Shown here: piece by piece, positions 1 through 10,081 of the stretch
How positions within the stretch are numbered: the stretch's first letter is position 1
Layout: each line of letters begins with the position of its first letter
NCBI GenBank assembly: GCA_046483305.1
Contig: JAWODM010000021.1
Coordinates: forward strand, 691 to 64,690
Source of the DNA: Candidatus Krumholzibacteriales bacterium
GTDB taxonomy: Bacteria; Krumholzibacteriota; Krumholzibacteriia; Krumholzibacteriales; WJIX01
DNA: 64,000 bases
Direction: 5' to 3'
The notes under the pieces: generated by a model
Database searches by the model: none
What the model was told of the DNA's origin: nothing
Seen by the model: the letters and a program-made list of their open reading frames with translations, nothing else
Position numbers and translations under genes: made by a program

Positions 1-270
1 AAGCTGAGCTGAAGTCATCCCGGCCGCATAGAGCCCTCCCACTATCGAGCCCATGCTGGTACCAGCGATATAGTCGACCGGTATTCTGTACTCTTCCAGC
101 ACCTGGAGGACCCCTATATGGGCGGCTCCCCGCGCTCCGCCGCCGCTGAGGGCCAGCCCTATCCGCGGACGATTTGCATCTTCAGCTTTATCTGCCAATA
201 TCGGCTCCGGGAGAAAAACCAGCAGCTGTATCAGAATTAAAATGCATAATGAAAAGCTCTTATTAAACAT
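1..270 (-). CDS. Patatin-like phospholipase, N-terminal part (runs off window edge)
   Basis: Manual translation from ATG at 270: signal-like N-terminus then [51 protein letters not shown] (oxyanion GGGARG and GxSxG nucleophile elbow). Not in ORF track because it is truncated. Confidence 0.9.
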   Translation of the reverse strand, partial: MFNKSFSLCILILIQLLVFLPEPILADKAEDANRPRIGLALSGGGARGAAHIGVLQVLEEYRIPVDYIAGTSMGSIVGGLYAAGMTSAQL

Positions 271-283
271 CGCCCTTCTCTCC

Positions 284-946
284 TCAGAACCGATAGCCGG
301 CCAGTATGGCAAAGTTGGTGTTCTTGATATCATCCGCCTCTATGGTTCGCGGATCTCCGTTGATGTCGAAGTCGCCGCTCACTATGCAGTTGGTAAAACC
401 GCGCTGATAGCGGGCATCCAGGGTGAAAACGCGCTCTCCTATGCTGTAGCTGAACCCGCCGCCCAGTACAACAGCGAAGTCGTTGGTGTGCGAGACGCTG
501 GAAAAATCGACATCCGCTGAGAGTATTATGGTGGATACCTTGAGTTCGGATTCAAGGAGGTAGGCGATACAGGGGCCGCCGTAGATGAACGGCCTGAAAT
601 CTCCCTCCAGGGGAAAATGATAATTCAGGAGTACCGGAAGCTCTATGTAATCGAAGCTTACGGTGAGATCGAGATAATCCTCTACCAGAGTCGCCTCGGT
701 TCCCTTCATGGAGTACAGAAGTTCCGGCTGGATGCTGAGAGTTCTGTTGAAGGCGTAATTGAGAAACGCGCCCCCCGTGAAACCGAACTTGTATTCGGCG
801 TCGTCCTCCCATTCCTCGGGAGTCTCCGTTATGTTGGCGGCGGTGATCCCGGCCCTGGCCCCGAAGATGATCTCTGATGATTCAGCCCCAGAATAAAAGG
901 CCATAATTATCAAAAAAGAAAAAGCTGTCAGAAAGCGCCGCTTCAT
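284..946 (-). CDS. Outer-membrane beta-barrel protein (PorT/OMP_b-brl_2-like porin family)
   Basis: Signal peptide, [12 protein letters not shown] and YIELPVLL motifs, alternating beta strands, C-terminal aromatic GYRF. Confidence 0.8.
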   Translation of the reverse strand: MKRRFLTAFSFLIIMAFYSGAESSEIIFGARAGITAANITETPEEWEDDAEYKFGFTGGAFLNYAFNRTLSIQPELLYSMKGTEATLVEDYLDLTVSFDYIELPVLLNYHFPLEGDFRPFIYGGPCIAYLLESELKVSTIILSADVDFSSVSHTNDFAVVLGGGFSYSIGERVFTLDARYQRGFTNCIVSGDFDINGDPRTIEADDIKNTNFAILAGYRF

Positions 947-971
947 GATTCACCCCTTCTGTTAAATAACC

Positions 972-1691
972 CTACCAGAACCTGTAACCCGCGCCTGCCG
1001 TAAAAGTGATCATATTCATATGGCCCAGGCCGAAGAGGCCGTTGTCACAGATAAGTCCGCTGTATTCCGGCGGGAATATCGAGAATCCGATCTCTCCGAA
1101 GTCTGTATATTTAATAGTGCCTCCCAGGCTCCATGAATCCCCCAGGTAATAATCCAGCCCCAGGTTCAGCCCCAGAGCTATATCCTTGCTTATCTCTATC
1201 TGCTCATAGCTCCAGCCGGTTGCGATTACGCCGAGACCCACAAAACCGCCCGCATAAAGGTCTTTCTTTTTATCGTCAAGAAAATGATAGTTAGCCCCGA
1301 GCATGGGGAGTACGAAGTTGGGGCTTCCTGCGATCCTCAGTCCGGTAACCTCCGCTTCGAGGTCCACCACCTCTCTCATGTACACGAAACTGAGCTCGAT
1401 GCCGTACCTGCCCCTGATAACGTATTCGAAGGCGGCCGTTACCCCCGCTGAATTGTTGGTGCGTACTCCCGCATAGAAATCAAGCAGGGACCAGAATCCT
1501 CCGCATCTATTCCAGCCGGAGACTTCGTTGTCACCGAGGGGGAAGGCAAAGAGCGGCTGGACCCGCAGCTTGCCGTAACTTCTTCTTTCTTCCTTCTCAG
1601 GCTGATCTGCTTCTCCGCAAAGAGCAGTAACTGAAATCGAGAAAATGAACAGAAAGACCACAAACCCACAGAGCGAATTATTAAATCTCAT
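972..1691 (-). CDS. Outer-membrane beta-barrel protein (OmpW/OmpA-like barrel)
   Basis: Signal peptide, GANYHF, YAGGFVG and GLDYYL strands, C-terminal GAGYRFW. Confidence 0.75.
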   Translation of the reverse strand: MRFNNSLCGFVVFLFIFSISVTALCGEADQPEKEERRSYGKLRVQPLFAFPLGDNEVSGWNRCGGFWSLLDFYAGVRTNNSAGVTAAFEYVIRGRYGIELSFVYMREVVDLEAEVTGLRIAGSPNFVLPMLGANYHFLDDKKKDLYAGGFVGLGVIATGWSYEQIEISKDIALGLNLGLDYYLGDSWSLGGTIKYTDFGEIGFSIFPPEYSGLICDNGLFGLGHMNMITFTAGAGYRFW

Positions 1692-1805
1692 TCAACACTT
1701 CCGAAAGTTAAGTTTGATGAGCCTTTATCAGAATATTCCCTCTTTGAGCGATAAAGATATCAGAATATATCTTACGGCGTCAAACGATTTTACACTATCC
1801 GTTTT

Positions 1806-2453
1806 CTACACAATCAGTCCCCAGCTTATATCAACGTTGGCAGATTCCTTGATAGATTCAGGCTGGAAATCGGGCACTGCCATCTCATCCATACATGCCA
1901 TTTTAGAGATACCGAAATCTGGAGAAAACCTGCTCCTGAAACGGATCTCATTCCAGCTGTAGCTGATACTGCTTATTTTACCCAGTTTTACTCCTGCTGC
2001 ATCGGCTATTACCTCCGCCCTGCCGGTAGCGTTCTCTATCGCCTTTTTCAGCATTTCATTATGCAGCTCTTCCGGATTGGAGACGGTGAAGTAGATTGTA
2101 AATTCAAGATCTGTTACTCCGGTTGTCATCTTTTCAATCAGACTGTTGGATTTCTCCTTATCCATCGGTATCTCTATCTTCATTTCATGCTGTGCTAGGT
2201 ATCCGTTGAATACATTCTTTTCGGTCTGCTTCTCATATTCATGATCAACAGATACATCAAAGGATGTGGTTTTGAGTTCATCTCTGCTTATACCAGCAGC
2301 TTCAACCGCCTTCCTTATTTTTTCGACCTTTTTATTGAGCGCCTTTAATGCATCTGCGTACTCCCATTTATGCGCTTTTACCACCAGGGAGATTCCGAAG
2401 ATGTCCGGGGGTTGTTTTACGGTACCGGTTCCCTTTACGCTAATATAACTCAT
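1806..2453 (-). CDS. SIMPL (DUF541) domain protein
   Basis: ISVKGTGTVKQPPD start, AIENATGRAEVIADAAGVKLGKISSI motif; GGAGG RBS upstream. Confidence 0.85.
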   Translation of the reverse strand: MSYISVKGTGTVKQPPDIFGISLVVKAHKWEYADALKALNKKVEKIRKAVEAAGISRDELKTTSFDVSVDHEYEKQTEKNVFNGYLAQHEMKIEIPMDKEKSNSLIEKMTTGVTDLEFTIYFTVSNPEELHNEMLKKAIENATGRAEVIADAAGVKLGKISSISYSWNEIRFRSRFSPDFGISKMACMDEMAVPDFQPESIKESANVDISWGLIV

Positions 2454-2560
2454 AATTAACCTCCTATGGATTTGCCTGCTGGTTAATAATTAATTAAGGG
2501 ATAAAAACTTAGTGATTTTGACCTGATGCTCTTTCTTCGCCGCAAGTTCCCTTGATATTT

Positions 2561-2589
2561 AATATACCATTACTGATTATTTGAATCAA
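2561..2589 (-). promoter_or_regulatory. Putative sigma70 promoter of SIMPL gene
   Basis: Minus strand TTGATT-17 nt-TATATT with TG extended -10. Confidence 0.5.
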
Positions 2590-2781
2590 AGCAAAACCCG
2601 GCCGCCGGGATCACTATTAAAGGCCCCTTTGGATTAATTACACTTCATGAGCTAACACAGCTCTATTTACAATTGATCAGGGTTGACCCCCGCTCATCAA
2701 ACTGCGCATTATTGGTTGTCAGATATCCCCAATTCATTATATCCTAATTTGTCAGTCAGAGACTGTCGGGGAGGACAGAAT

Positions 2782-3648
2782 ATGAACTCATCCGAAAATA
2801 CCAGGGCGTTCTTCGTCTCAGACCTTCACGGGAAGGTTCCCAGATACGAAAAGCTTTTTCAGGCAATAGAAGATGAAAAGCCGGGGGCGGTCTTTATCGG
2901 CGGGGATATCCTTCCCCACCTGGACCCTCCAAGGTTTTCCGGAGAGAGGTTCATGAAGGGATATTTCATCGGGGAACTTGAAAAGCTGAAGGATAAACTG
3001 GGCAGTTCATACCCCCGCGTATTCGTTATTCTGGGAAACGACGACGGCAAACATGATGAGGCATTACTGATCGAGGCTGACCGGCAGGGGCTGGTCGAGT
3101 ACGTTCACGGCCGCAGGGTTGAGCTTTCACGCTGGCAGGTGTTCGGCTATGCGTATGTGCCCCCCACCCCCTTCAGGCTTAAGGACTGGGAAAAATACGA
3201 TGTCTCCAGATACGTTGATATCGGAGCTATCTCTCCTGAAGAAGGGGTTCATTCCGTATCAGCTGATAAGCATGAACTGAAATACGGCACCATAAGGAAA
3301 GACCTGGAGAAGCTTACCGAAGGATTTGATCTGGAAAACGGTATCTTCCTTTTTCACTCTCCTCCCTACCGGAGCAGACTCGACCGGGCGGGACTTGACG
3401 GCGTCAAGATAGACCACGCCCCGCTGGACGTTCATGTGGGAAGCATCGCTATCAGCAGGTTTATCAGGAAGAGGCAGCCCCTTGTTACCATGCACGGGCA
3501 TATTCACGAATCCGCCCGCCTGACAGGGTATTGGAAAGAACGGATCGGGCGAACCGTCGCTTTATCCGCGGCTCACGGCGGGCCGGAGCTGGCCCTGGTA
3601 AGGTTCGACCTTGCCGATCCGGGCAATGCGGAAAGGGAACTGCTCTGA
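2782..3648 (+). CDS. Calcineurin-like metallophosphoesterase (Icc-related)
   Basis: SDLHG, GGD, GNDD, FHSPP and HGHIHE motifs; ATG at 2782 follows GGGAGGA RBS, so the ORF-track start at 2683 is probably too early. Confidence 0.85.
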   Translation: MNSSENTRAFFVSDLHGKVPRYEKLFQAIEDEKPGAVFIGGDILPHLDPPRFSGERFMKGYFIGELEKLKDKLGSSYPRVFVILGNDDGKHDEALLIEADRQGLVEYVHGRRVELSRWQVFGYAYVPPTPFRLKDWEKYDVSRYVDIGAISPEEGVHSVSADKHELKYGTIRKDLEKLTEGFDLENGIFLFHSPPYRSRLDRAGLDGVKIDHAPLDVHVGSIAISRFIRKRQPLVTMHGHIHESARLTGYWKERIGRTVALSAAHGGPELALVRFDLADPGNAERELL

Positions 3649-3649
3649 T

Positions 3650-6600
3650 CTATTCACTATCTTTCCTGAGAGGTATTTTCTTGGCTGCATCAGTGACCGC
3701 CCCTATCTTGACCGCGTAACTTGTCTTGTTCTCTATATCATCATCGGTCACTATATGAACATCCAGCAGCCCGCCTACCCGGTAGCCGGTCCTGAGATAG
3801 TTTATCTCGTCCAGGCAGAGGCTCCAGCCATCCAGCCACAGCAACAGCTCCTCGCGCTGCCTGTCAGTTCCGCTGAAATGTATCAGAAGGTCGATATCGC
3901 TGCTCAGGCCCGCGGTGGCGTTCTTGGTGCTTCCGAAGACGTAGAATCCGACTACTCCGAAACGCTCCGGATCAAGCTTCGAAGCTATATGCTCAGCCAT
4001 ACGGAGCCTCCACAGCCAGTACCTGTCGGCGGGAAGATCGTGATCCTCAACCTGGAGCCCCTCTGTTCTGGTCTCTTTCTGCGGCTCCATGAATAATCCC
4101 ACCGCCTCATTCAGGTCGGCGTTCATTAGAATTCTGAGAATCAGCCCCCCGGTTACCTCCGGAACATCTATCAGTTTTATCACGTCGGCAAGGTGCGCGT
4201 ATTTGGGAATGATATCGGGAAGAATATTCGTGGAGCGGAATAGAAACTTATCGTTGAAAATATTGCCTTCATTATCCGGATAGAGCGGAAGATACCTTAT
4301 GCGGGCTTCCACCAGGTCCTGGAAGAAGTGAGTCCCGAATGAAAGATCGGGCATATAGTTGCCCTTTTTCCGGGCTATCTCCGTCAGTATGGCTGTATTG
4401 TTTATATCGGAGTAGGTTACGCTGACTCCCAGCTTGATATCCCCTCTGCTTCCCCACCTGCCGGGCCCCATCAGTATAAACCTCCGCTTGGGAAGCAGCT
4501 TGTTGAGCTCTCCTACCGCCCTTCCCACTTCCACCAGCTCATCCCTGCTGGCAAGCTGGGAATATTTGTCGGGATCGACATAGACTATGTGAGTCAGATC
4601 GGGTACCCGTCCGTTGGATATATACCGGTGGGCTGAAAAGAGAATCCTTTCCTCCGGGAGGTCCTTCGGTATCGCCGCCGGAGCGCTGTCCTCGGAGAAG
4701 GCCTGAGGCCTGCATTGAAGAAGGTACAGATCCTCTCCGTCGTGAGCGAACTCCACATCTACCGAATTATGGAGTTTCTCCGACAGGAGGCTGAGAATCC
4801 CGTCCATCTGTTCTATCAGTTTTGTTTTATTTATTATTCCGTCGAAGGTTACCACCAGGTCATCCTTCTGGTAGTCTATATTCATGGCCAGCGGTGTTTT
4901 GAGATGCCCATCCTGGTAACGGGATACGATCTTGCTGAAGAGGGGCAGCTCTGAGCCATGCTTTCTTATCAGTTCCCTGATATCCACTGTCTCGAAATTC
5001 CTGGTCCGGAGGTTTATCAGGTCTAACTTTCTGGGAGAGTAGTAGACCACCTCTTCGGGAGTGACGTTTACCTTGAGAGATGGCTGCCCCGGGGCTACCA
5101 GAACCGGGTAATCCTCACTGATCCTGTCCACCGCCCTGGTACCCAGGCCCGGGACAACCCGCATCAGCCCGTCCTCCCTCTTTATCCTGGAAGACCACCT
5201 GAAGTCGTTCCTGCTGAAGGCCACCCCGGCGAAAGCGGGCAGAAAATAATCACCTATCCGGTTGCCCACCACCTCCTGGATGATTATCCCCATCTCTTCG
5301 GCGAAATCGAGAAGGTTCCTCTCGGCCCGGTATTGAATCGGATCTGGGCCGAAGGTGGAGGAGTAGACCTCGGCGATCGCGTCCATCAGATCGTCCAGGC
5401 GCTGCCTCTTGCTTCCCTGATTGGGCAGGAAAAGACTCTTGTATTTGCCGGAAAAGGCCGCCCCCAGGCTGTCCTCCAGCAGACTTGAACTTCGCACTAT
5501 CAGGGGTTTCTCATCGAATTCATCCAGCAACATGGAGAGCATCTGCACTATCTCGGGCGGAAAGCTGCCGTTCTTGAAGGTCCTGACCACATAGGGATAC
5601 TCCATCCTGACCTGTTTGATATCCTTGTACTTCTGCTCTACGATCTCGTCCATATTGTTGTACTTCAGGAAGCTCAGGATGACATCCGATGTTATGTACC
5701 AGCTCCTGGGAGTCTTGATCTCCTTCAGCAGGTCGGAAGAATCCTCTGATTTTCTGATTATATTCTCGGCAAGAAACAGTCCGGCGCTCTTACCGCCCAG
5801 CCTGCCGCGGCTGTCCTTGGTAAAAATGATGTTGTCGATAATCTTGAAAAAATCTTCTATCGATACGTAATTCTTCGCGATCCTGATATAGTCGAGCTGG
5901 CTGGAGAAGAACTTCCTTATCAGAGATACTATCACTCCCTTTCTGGCAACGCTGGAAAGCTCGATTTTCTCCCCGGAGAGCCCCCGGTACCGCCTGATTG
6001 CGGAGATTACCTCGGCAAGGGTCAGGTTTCTGTTTGCCATATGCACCAGGAACTTCAGTTTATCGTCGGCTATCCACTTCTGCAGATAGTCCAGAATCTT
6101 CTGGTCGGTATAATGCCTGGCCGCTATCTCGAATATCCGTTCACAGACTTCGTCACCAAAATCAAACTGCTGCCTCTCATGCGGCTGGTTCACTTCCCCC
6201 ATCAGCTCATTGTCGATATCACACTTTTTCCCGAGCGCGCCGGATTCCAGATCTTCAACGTCAGTGATACCGCTCCAGTTCAGATGGTTAAGCATCTTTT
6301 CACTCAGGGTCACATAGAGGTTCCGGTCGGTGTGGCGCAGCAGATTAAGAATAACCTGCCAGTTTTCTGAATCATATTTCTGATCGATATCAGATTCGCC
6401 CTCTCCCGCCTCACTCACCTGCGAGTGGAGTATATGGCCTCCCAGCCGGTCGGCGATAGCTTCCAGCAACCTCTTTTCATGCTTCAGGAAAGGCCCCTGG
6501 TCTTCTTCAGGCATTTCCCTGGTGTAGTATACCGCTACTTCCCCGGCTTTCCTGTTCTGCACCACGATATCGGTCTCAAGCTTCCACGGCGTTTCCTCAA

Positions 6601-6826
6601 AACCGGCAACCTGATAAGTCTCGGTGCCGACAGTTACCCTGGCCCTGCAGTACTCGGGATACTGCCAGCCCCAGGGAATGGCCTCGATTATCCGGCTGTA
6701 TACCTGATCCTGATTCTGCCCCGGTTCCTTGAGTATTTCCTCTATTTTGTACAGGCATCTCAGTTCCTTTTCCCTCTCGCGAAAGGACTGTATCAGGTCG
6801 TCAGAAATATTATCTCTATCAGCCAT
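3650..6826 (-). CDS. PEP/pyruvate-binding (PPDK_N-like) domain protein with N-terminal GAF-like region and C-terminal nucleotidyltransferase domain
   Basis: REREKELRCLY N-terminus; LGGKSAGL, PLIVRSSSLLED, FSGKYKS, GLGTRAV and VDVEFA motifs; C-terminal FGSTKNATAGLSSDIDL (Pol-beta NTase GS..DxD); ATG at 6826 overlaps the upstream stop. Confidence 0.85.
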   Translation of the reverse strand: MADRDNISDDLIQSFREREKELRCLYKIEEILKEPGQNQDQVYSRIIEAIPWGWQYPEYCRARVTVGTETYQVAGFEETPWKLETDIVVQNRKAGEVAVYYTREMPEEDQGPFLKHEKRLLEAIADRLGGHILHSQVSEAGEGESDIDQKYDSENWQVILNLLRHTDRNLYVTLSEKMLNHLNWSGITDVEDLESGALGKKCDIDNELMGEVNQPHERQQFDFGDEVCERIFEIAARHYTDQKILDYLQKWIADDKLKFLVHMANRNLTLAEVISAIRRYRGLSGEKIELSSVARKGVIVSLIRKFFSSQLDYIRIAKNYVSIEDFFKIIDNIIFTKDSRGRLGGKSAGLFLAENIIRKSEDSSDLLKEIKTPRSWYITSDVILSFLKYNNMDEIVEQKYKDIKQVRMEYPYVVRTFKNGSFPPEIVQMLSMLLDEFDEKPLIVRSSSLLEDSLGAAFSGKYKSLFLPNQGSKRQRLDDLMDAIAEVYSSTFGPDPIQYRAERNLLDFAEEMGIIIQEVVGNRIGDYFLPAFAGVAFSRNDFRWSSRIKREDGLMRVVPGLGTRAVDRISEDYPVLVAPGQPSLKVNVTPEEVVYYSPRKLDLINLRTRNFETVDIRELIRKHGSELPLFSKIVSRYQDGHLKTPLAMNIDYQKDDLVVTFDGIINKTKLIEQMDGILSLLSEKLHNSVDVEFAHDGEDLYLLQCRPQAFSEDSAPAAIPKDLPEERILFSAHRYISNGRVPDLTHIVYVDPDKYSQLASRDELVEVGRAVGELNKLLPKRRFILMGPGRWGSRGDIKLGVSVTYSDINNTAILTEIARKKGNYMPDLSFGTHFFQDLVEARIRYLPLYPDNEGNIFNDKFLFRSTNILPDIIPKYAHLADVIKLIDVPEVTGGLILRILMNADLNEAVGLFMEPQKETRTEGLQVEDHDLPADRYWLWRLRMAEHIASKLDPERFGVVGFYVFGSTKNATAGLSSDIDLLIHFSGTDRQREELLLWLDGWSLCLDEINYLRTGYRVGGLLDVHIVTDDDIENKTSYAVKIGAVTDAAKKIPLRKDSE

Positions 6827-8576
6827 GAAAAATCGCTCCCCTGCTCTTTCGCCCGTCAACCTTTACGGTCAGCGGCGACGAAGCCTGCACGTGCTTCAGA
6901 TGTTCGGTCTCGTTGATTACATTATTAGCCCGCAGCCAGTTCCAGTCAATGCCGCATTCATCCCCTCCGCCGATGGAAAAGTAAAATATCCTGAAACTGG
7001 TGACGTTATGAAAGAAGTGAGAACCCTGGCTCAACGGGCATGTCAGCCCGGGAAGGGACGATTCGACTATCACCTTCGCCCCCGAGATCTGATCGAATCT
7101 TACCGGTATTCCCCCGGAAGGATCGGAGGTTCCCCATCTGCCGAACCCTATCAGGATGTACTCCCTTCCTTCCCCGGCCAGCGCTTCATTCATCGACTCT
7201 ACCTCTTTCGCTATCTCCCTGGTTTTCTTTACATCGAAACTCTCCGGATCCACAAAGACTATATCCGTTATGGAATCAAGAACTCCGTTTCCCAGCACTC
7301 TCTCCGATGAAAGTAGAACTTTATCCCCTGTAATCTCGTCATCATCCAGTTTTACTCTGGACTCGGATACAACCATCGGCCTTACCTGCAGAAATCCGAA
7401 TTCGCCGGAAGCCCCCCCTCTGGGATCCATCCTCACGGCAAACTCTATCTCCACCATTACTCCCAGACTGTCCTCGCAGACCTCAAGGAGTGTTTTGACA
7501 AGATCGTTGAGCGGAACAACCCCCGCTTTCAGGATCGGCGCGAAATCCAGCACCCGCGGCCCCTTTATTCCCGTGCCCATAACAATTCTGCCGTCCTGCG
7601 GGTCCAGTGTTGACGCTATGTGAGTGAGAGTGCCGTCGTATTCCGCGTCGGCCAGATCGTATCTGTCCATGTATTCCGTCTCGTTCAGCGGATCAAAGAC
7701 CGCTGGCCCCTTCATATCCACCGCCCAGAATCCGGTCTGAGTATTCTTCAGCATATCGTTTATGGAATTGAAAGGCGCTCCCGCTTTCGGAAAACGGGGG
7801 GAGTAGGACCAGGCCACTCCCTCGTCCACTATGGTCCTTCCCAGCCCCAGAGCCAGGTCAACCACCCCATCTTCGGGAGAAGCGTTACCGGTAGGATAGA
7901 AATTGTAGGAACGGACCACTCCCGATATATGGGGGTAAAAACGCTCCCCGAACCCGGCGCCCACCACCTCCTGAATAATCACCGCCATCTTCTCGTCCAG
8001 AGTTGAATGATGAGTGGCCTTCATGTAATTCCTGGCGCCCTTGAAGAAGGTCGAAGCGTAAACGTATTTTACCGCTTCCACCAGTTTTCTGAACCTGGAA
8101 TCAACACCCGGCTGGTTATTCGGTATCATCTTGGTGCTGTAAACACTGGCGAAAGGCTCGAACATGGCGTCTTCCAGCATGCTGGAGGAACGAACCGCCA
8201 GCGGAGTGTGAACCTCGCTGACCAGCGCTCGCAGGTCTCCCACCAGCCGGACCGGCAGATGAGCCCTCTGAAAGGCGTGAGCGATAAGTTCGTCCCTTTT
8301 TCCTGAAAGGGCAACCGGGTAAAGGTCGTTCTCTTTCATGAACAGGTCGAAATACTCGGTGGTTATGACAGTGAGGGTGGGAATGAAAATCTTTATTTCC
8401 GGGGCAAACTTTCCACTTATCTCGGACTCGATAATACCTTTCATCTCGGCAAGCCCGTGAGCTTTTCCGCCCAGCTCACCCCTGCCTATGTAGGTGAATT
8501 TATGTCTGCTGGAAAAGAAATTGCGATCGAACGGCACCAGCATACCACGATGCGGGCTGTAGTTTTTCATCCCCAT
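6819..8576 (-). CDS. PEP/pyruvate-binding (PPDK_N-like) domain protein
   Basis: LGGKAHGL, PLAVRSSSMLED, EKMAVIIQEVVG, LALGLGRTIV, VEIEFA and GSHFFHN motifs; no phospho-His swivel or C-terminal barrel. Confidence 0.85.
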   Translation of the reverse strand: MGMKNYSPHRGMLVPFDRNFFSSRHKFTYIGRGELGGKAHGLAEMKGIIESEISGKFAPEIKIFIPTLTVITTEYFDLFMKENDLYPVALSGKRDELIAHAFQRAHLPVRLVGDLRALVSEVHTPLAVRSSSMLEDAMFEPFASVYSTKMIPNNQPGVDSRFRKLVEAVKYVYASTFFKGARNYMKATHHSTLDEKMAVIIQEVVGAGFGERFYPHISGVVRSYNFYPTGNASPEDGVVDLALGLGRTIVDEGVAWSYSPRFPKAGAPFNSINDMLKNTQTGFWAVDMKGPAVFDPLNETEYMDRYDLADAEYDGTLTHIASTLDPQDGRIVMGTGIKGPRVLDFAPILKAGVVPLNDLVKTLLEVCEDSLGVMVEIEFAVRMDPRGGASGEFGFLQVRPMVVSESRVKLDDDEITGDKVLLSSERVLGNGVLDSITDIVFVDPESFDVKKTREIAKEVESMNEALAGEGREYILIGFGRWGTSDPSGGIPVRFDQISGAKVIVESSLPGLTCPLSQGSHFFHNVTSFRIFYFSIGGGDECGIDWNWLRANNVINETEHLKHVQASSPLTVKVDGRKSRGAIFHG

Positions 8577-8640
8577 GAGTGAGGACCTCTTGAGTTAAAA
8601 GAGAGGTTAATTTATCCCGGCCTCTTTCTGCGTCTGAGTT

Positions 8641-9927
8641 TCAGACCCAGCCGCGTTCCCTGCAGGCTTCCGCTACCCTTCCCACCGCTATCACATAAGC
8701 CGCATCGCGCGCGTAAAGGCCCTTGGATTTTCTCATCTCATTAACGGCTTCGAAGGCGTTTGTTATCTGGGTATCGAGTTTGCCGATAACCTCGTCCTTC
8801 TCCCAGAAATAATTCATGTTGCACTGAACCTGCTCGAAATAGCTGCAGGTAACCCCTCCGGCGTTGGCCAGAAGATCCGGAAGCACGAAAATATCCCGCT
8901 TCGCGATTTCCTTATCCGCTTCGGGCGTGGTAGGGCCGTTTGCTCCCTCGGCAATTATCTTTACCTTTTCGCTGATCTTGCCCACGTTATCAACGGTAAT
9001 CTGGTTTTCCAGAGCCGCCGGGACAAGAATATCAACATCCTGCTCTATCCAGGCATCCCCGGGGAGAACTTCGTAGCCGAGCCCATCAGCCTTTTCCTTA
9101 TCGATACCTCCGAAACGGTCGGTTATACCCTGGAGCTCCTCCAGATTGATGCCGTCGCTCTTCCTGAAACTGTATGAAGTCTGGTCCTGCTGATCCCAGC
9201 ATGATACGCATATGACCTTGCCCCATATCTGGGTGTAGAGTTCGATGGCGTACTGGGCCACATTGCCGAAACCCTGGAAACTGGCGGTGGTGTCGGCTGG
9301 AGGTATATCCAATTCCTTCAGAGCCTCCCGGACGTTGAATATAACTCCGTAACCGGTGGCCTCGGTCCTCCCCAGAGAACCACCCATACCTACCGGTTTG
9401 CCTGTGATGAATCCGGGCAGTTTCTCTCCCCTGACTGTCTCAAATTCATCCAGCATCCACAGCATGTGCTGGGGATTGGTCATAACATCGGGAGCGGGAA
9501 CATCGTTCAGTGGGCCGAGATTCTTTGACAGCTGCCTGACCCAGCCCCGGCATATCCCCTCCTGCTCTCTCTGGCTGAGATCGTGAGGATCGCAGATCAC
9601 GCCGCCCTTTGCGCCTCCGAGAGGAATATCCACAACCGCGCATTTCCAGGTCATCCACATGGCCAGAGCGCGGACAGTATCTATTGTTTCCATCGGATGA
9701 AAACGTATTCCGCCCTTTGCAGGCCCCCTGGCATCGTTATGCTGAACCCTGAACCCCCTGAATACCTGAACATTTCCGTCGTCCATGCGGACCGGAACGC
9801 TCACATGATATTCCCTCTGGTTGAATCGGAGCAGATCCCTGGTCCCCTGCTCCAGTTCCAGCATATCGGCGACACTGTCGAACTGAGCCTGGGCCATCTC
9901 GAATGGATTAAAAGACTTGTCAGCCAT
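8641..9927 (-). CDS. gdhA: Glu/Leu/Phe/Val dehydrogenase (glutamate dehydrogenase)
   Basis: RGPAKGGIRFHP, PLGGAKGG, VPAPDV, GGSLGRTEATGYG, GFGNVA, EGANGP and NAGGVTCSYFE motifs. Confidence 0.93.
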   Translation of the reverse strand: MADKSFNPFEMAQAQFDSVADMLELEQGTRDLLRFNQREYHVSVPVRMDDGNVQVFRGFRVQHNDARGPAKGGIRFHPMETIDTVRALAMWMTWKCAVVDIPLGGAKGGVICDPHDLSQREQEGICRGWVRQLSKNLGPLNDVPAPDVMTNPQHMLWMLDEFETVRGEKLPGFITGKPVGMGGSLGRTEATGYGVIFNVREALKELDIPPADTTASFQGFGNVAQYAIELYTQIWGKVICVSCWDQQDQTSYSFRKSDGINLEELQGITDRFGGIDKEKADGLGYEVLPGDAWIEQDVDILVPAALENQITVDNVGKISEKVKIIAEGANGPTTPEADKEIAKRDIFVLPDLLANAGGVTCSYFEQVQCNMNYFWEKDEVIGKLDTQITNAFEAVNEMRKSKGLYARDAAYVIAVGRVAEACRERGWV

Positions 9928-9969
9928 TTTCCCTACATCCTTTCCGGTTAAGATGCGTTATACTTTTGC

Positions 9970-9998
9970 AAAATAAGTATTGGATTCTGTAAAGTCAA
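9970..9998 (-). promoter_or_regulatory. Putative sigma70 promoter of the gdh operon
   Basis: Minus strand TTGACT-17 nt-TATTTT about 40 nt upstream of the gdh ATG. Confidence 0.45.
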
Positions 9999-10081
9999 GG
10001 AGGGTATAGAATAACCGATATCAAGCTATTATATAACGAGTTACCATCTGGTTTAACGAAGTTCAGCGGAAACGCCGGCCC

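Noticed and set aside
3650-8576. Annotation as ppsA/ppdK
   Set aside because: Phospho-His swivel and C-terminal PEP-binding barrel are absent in both proteins
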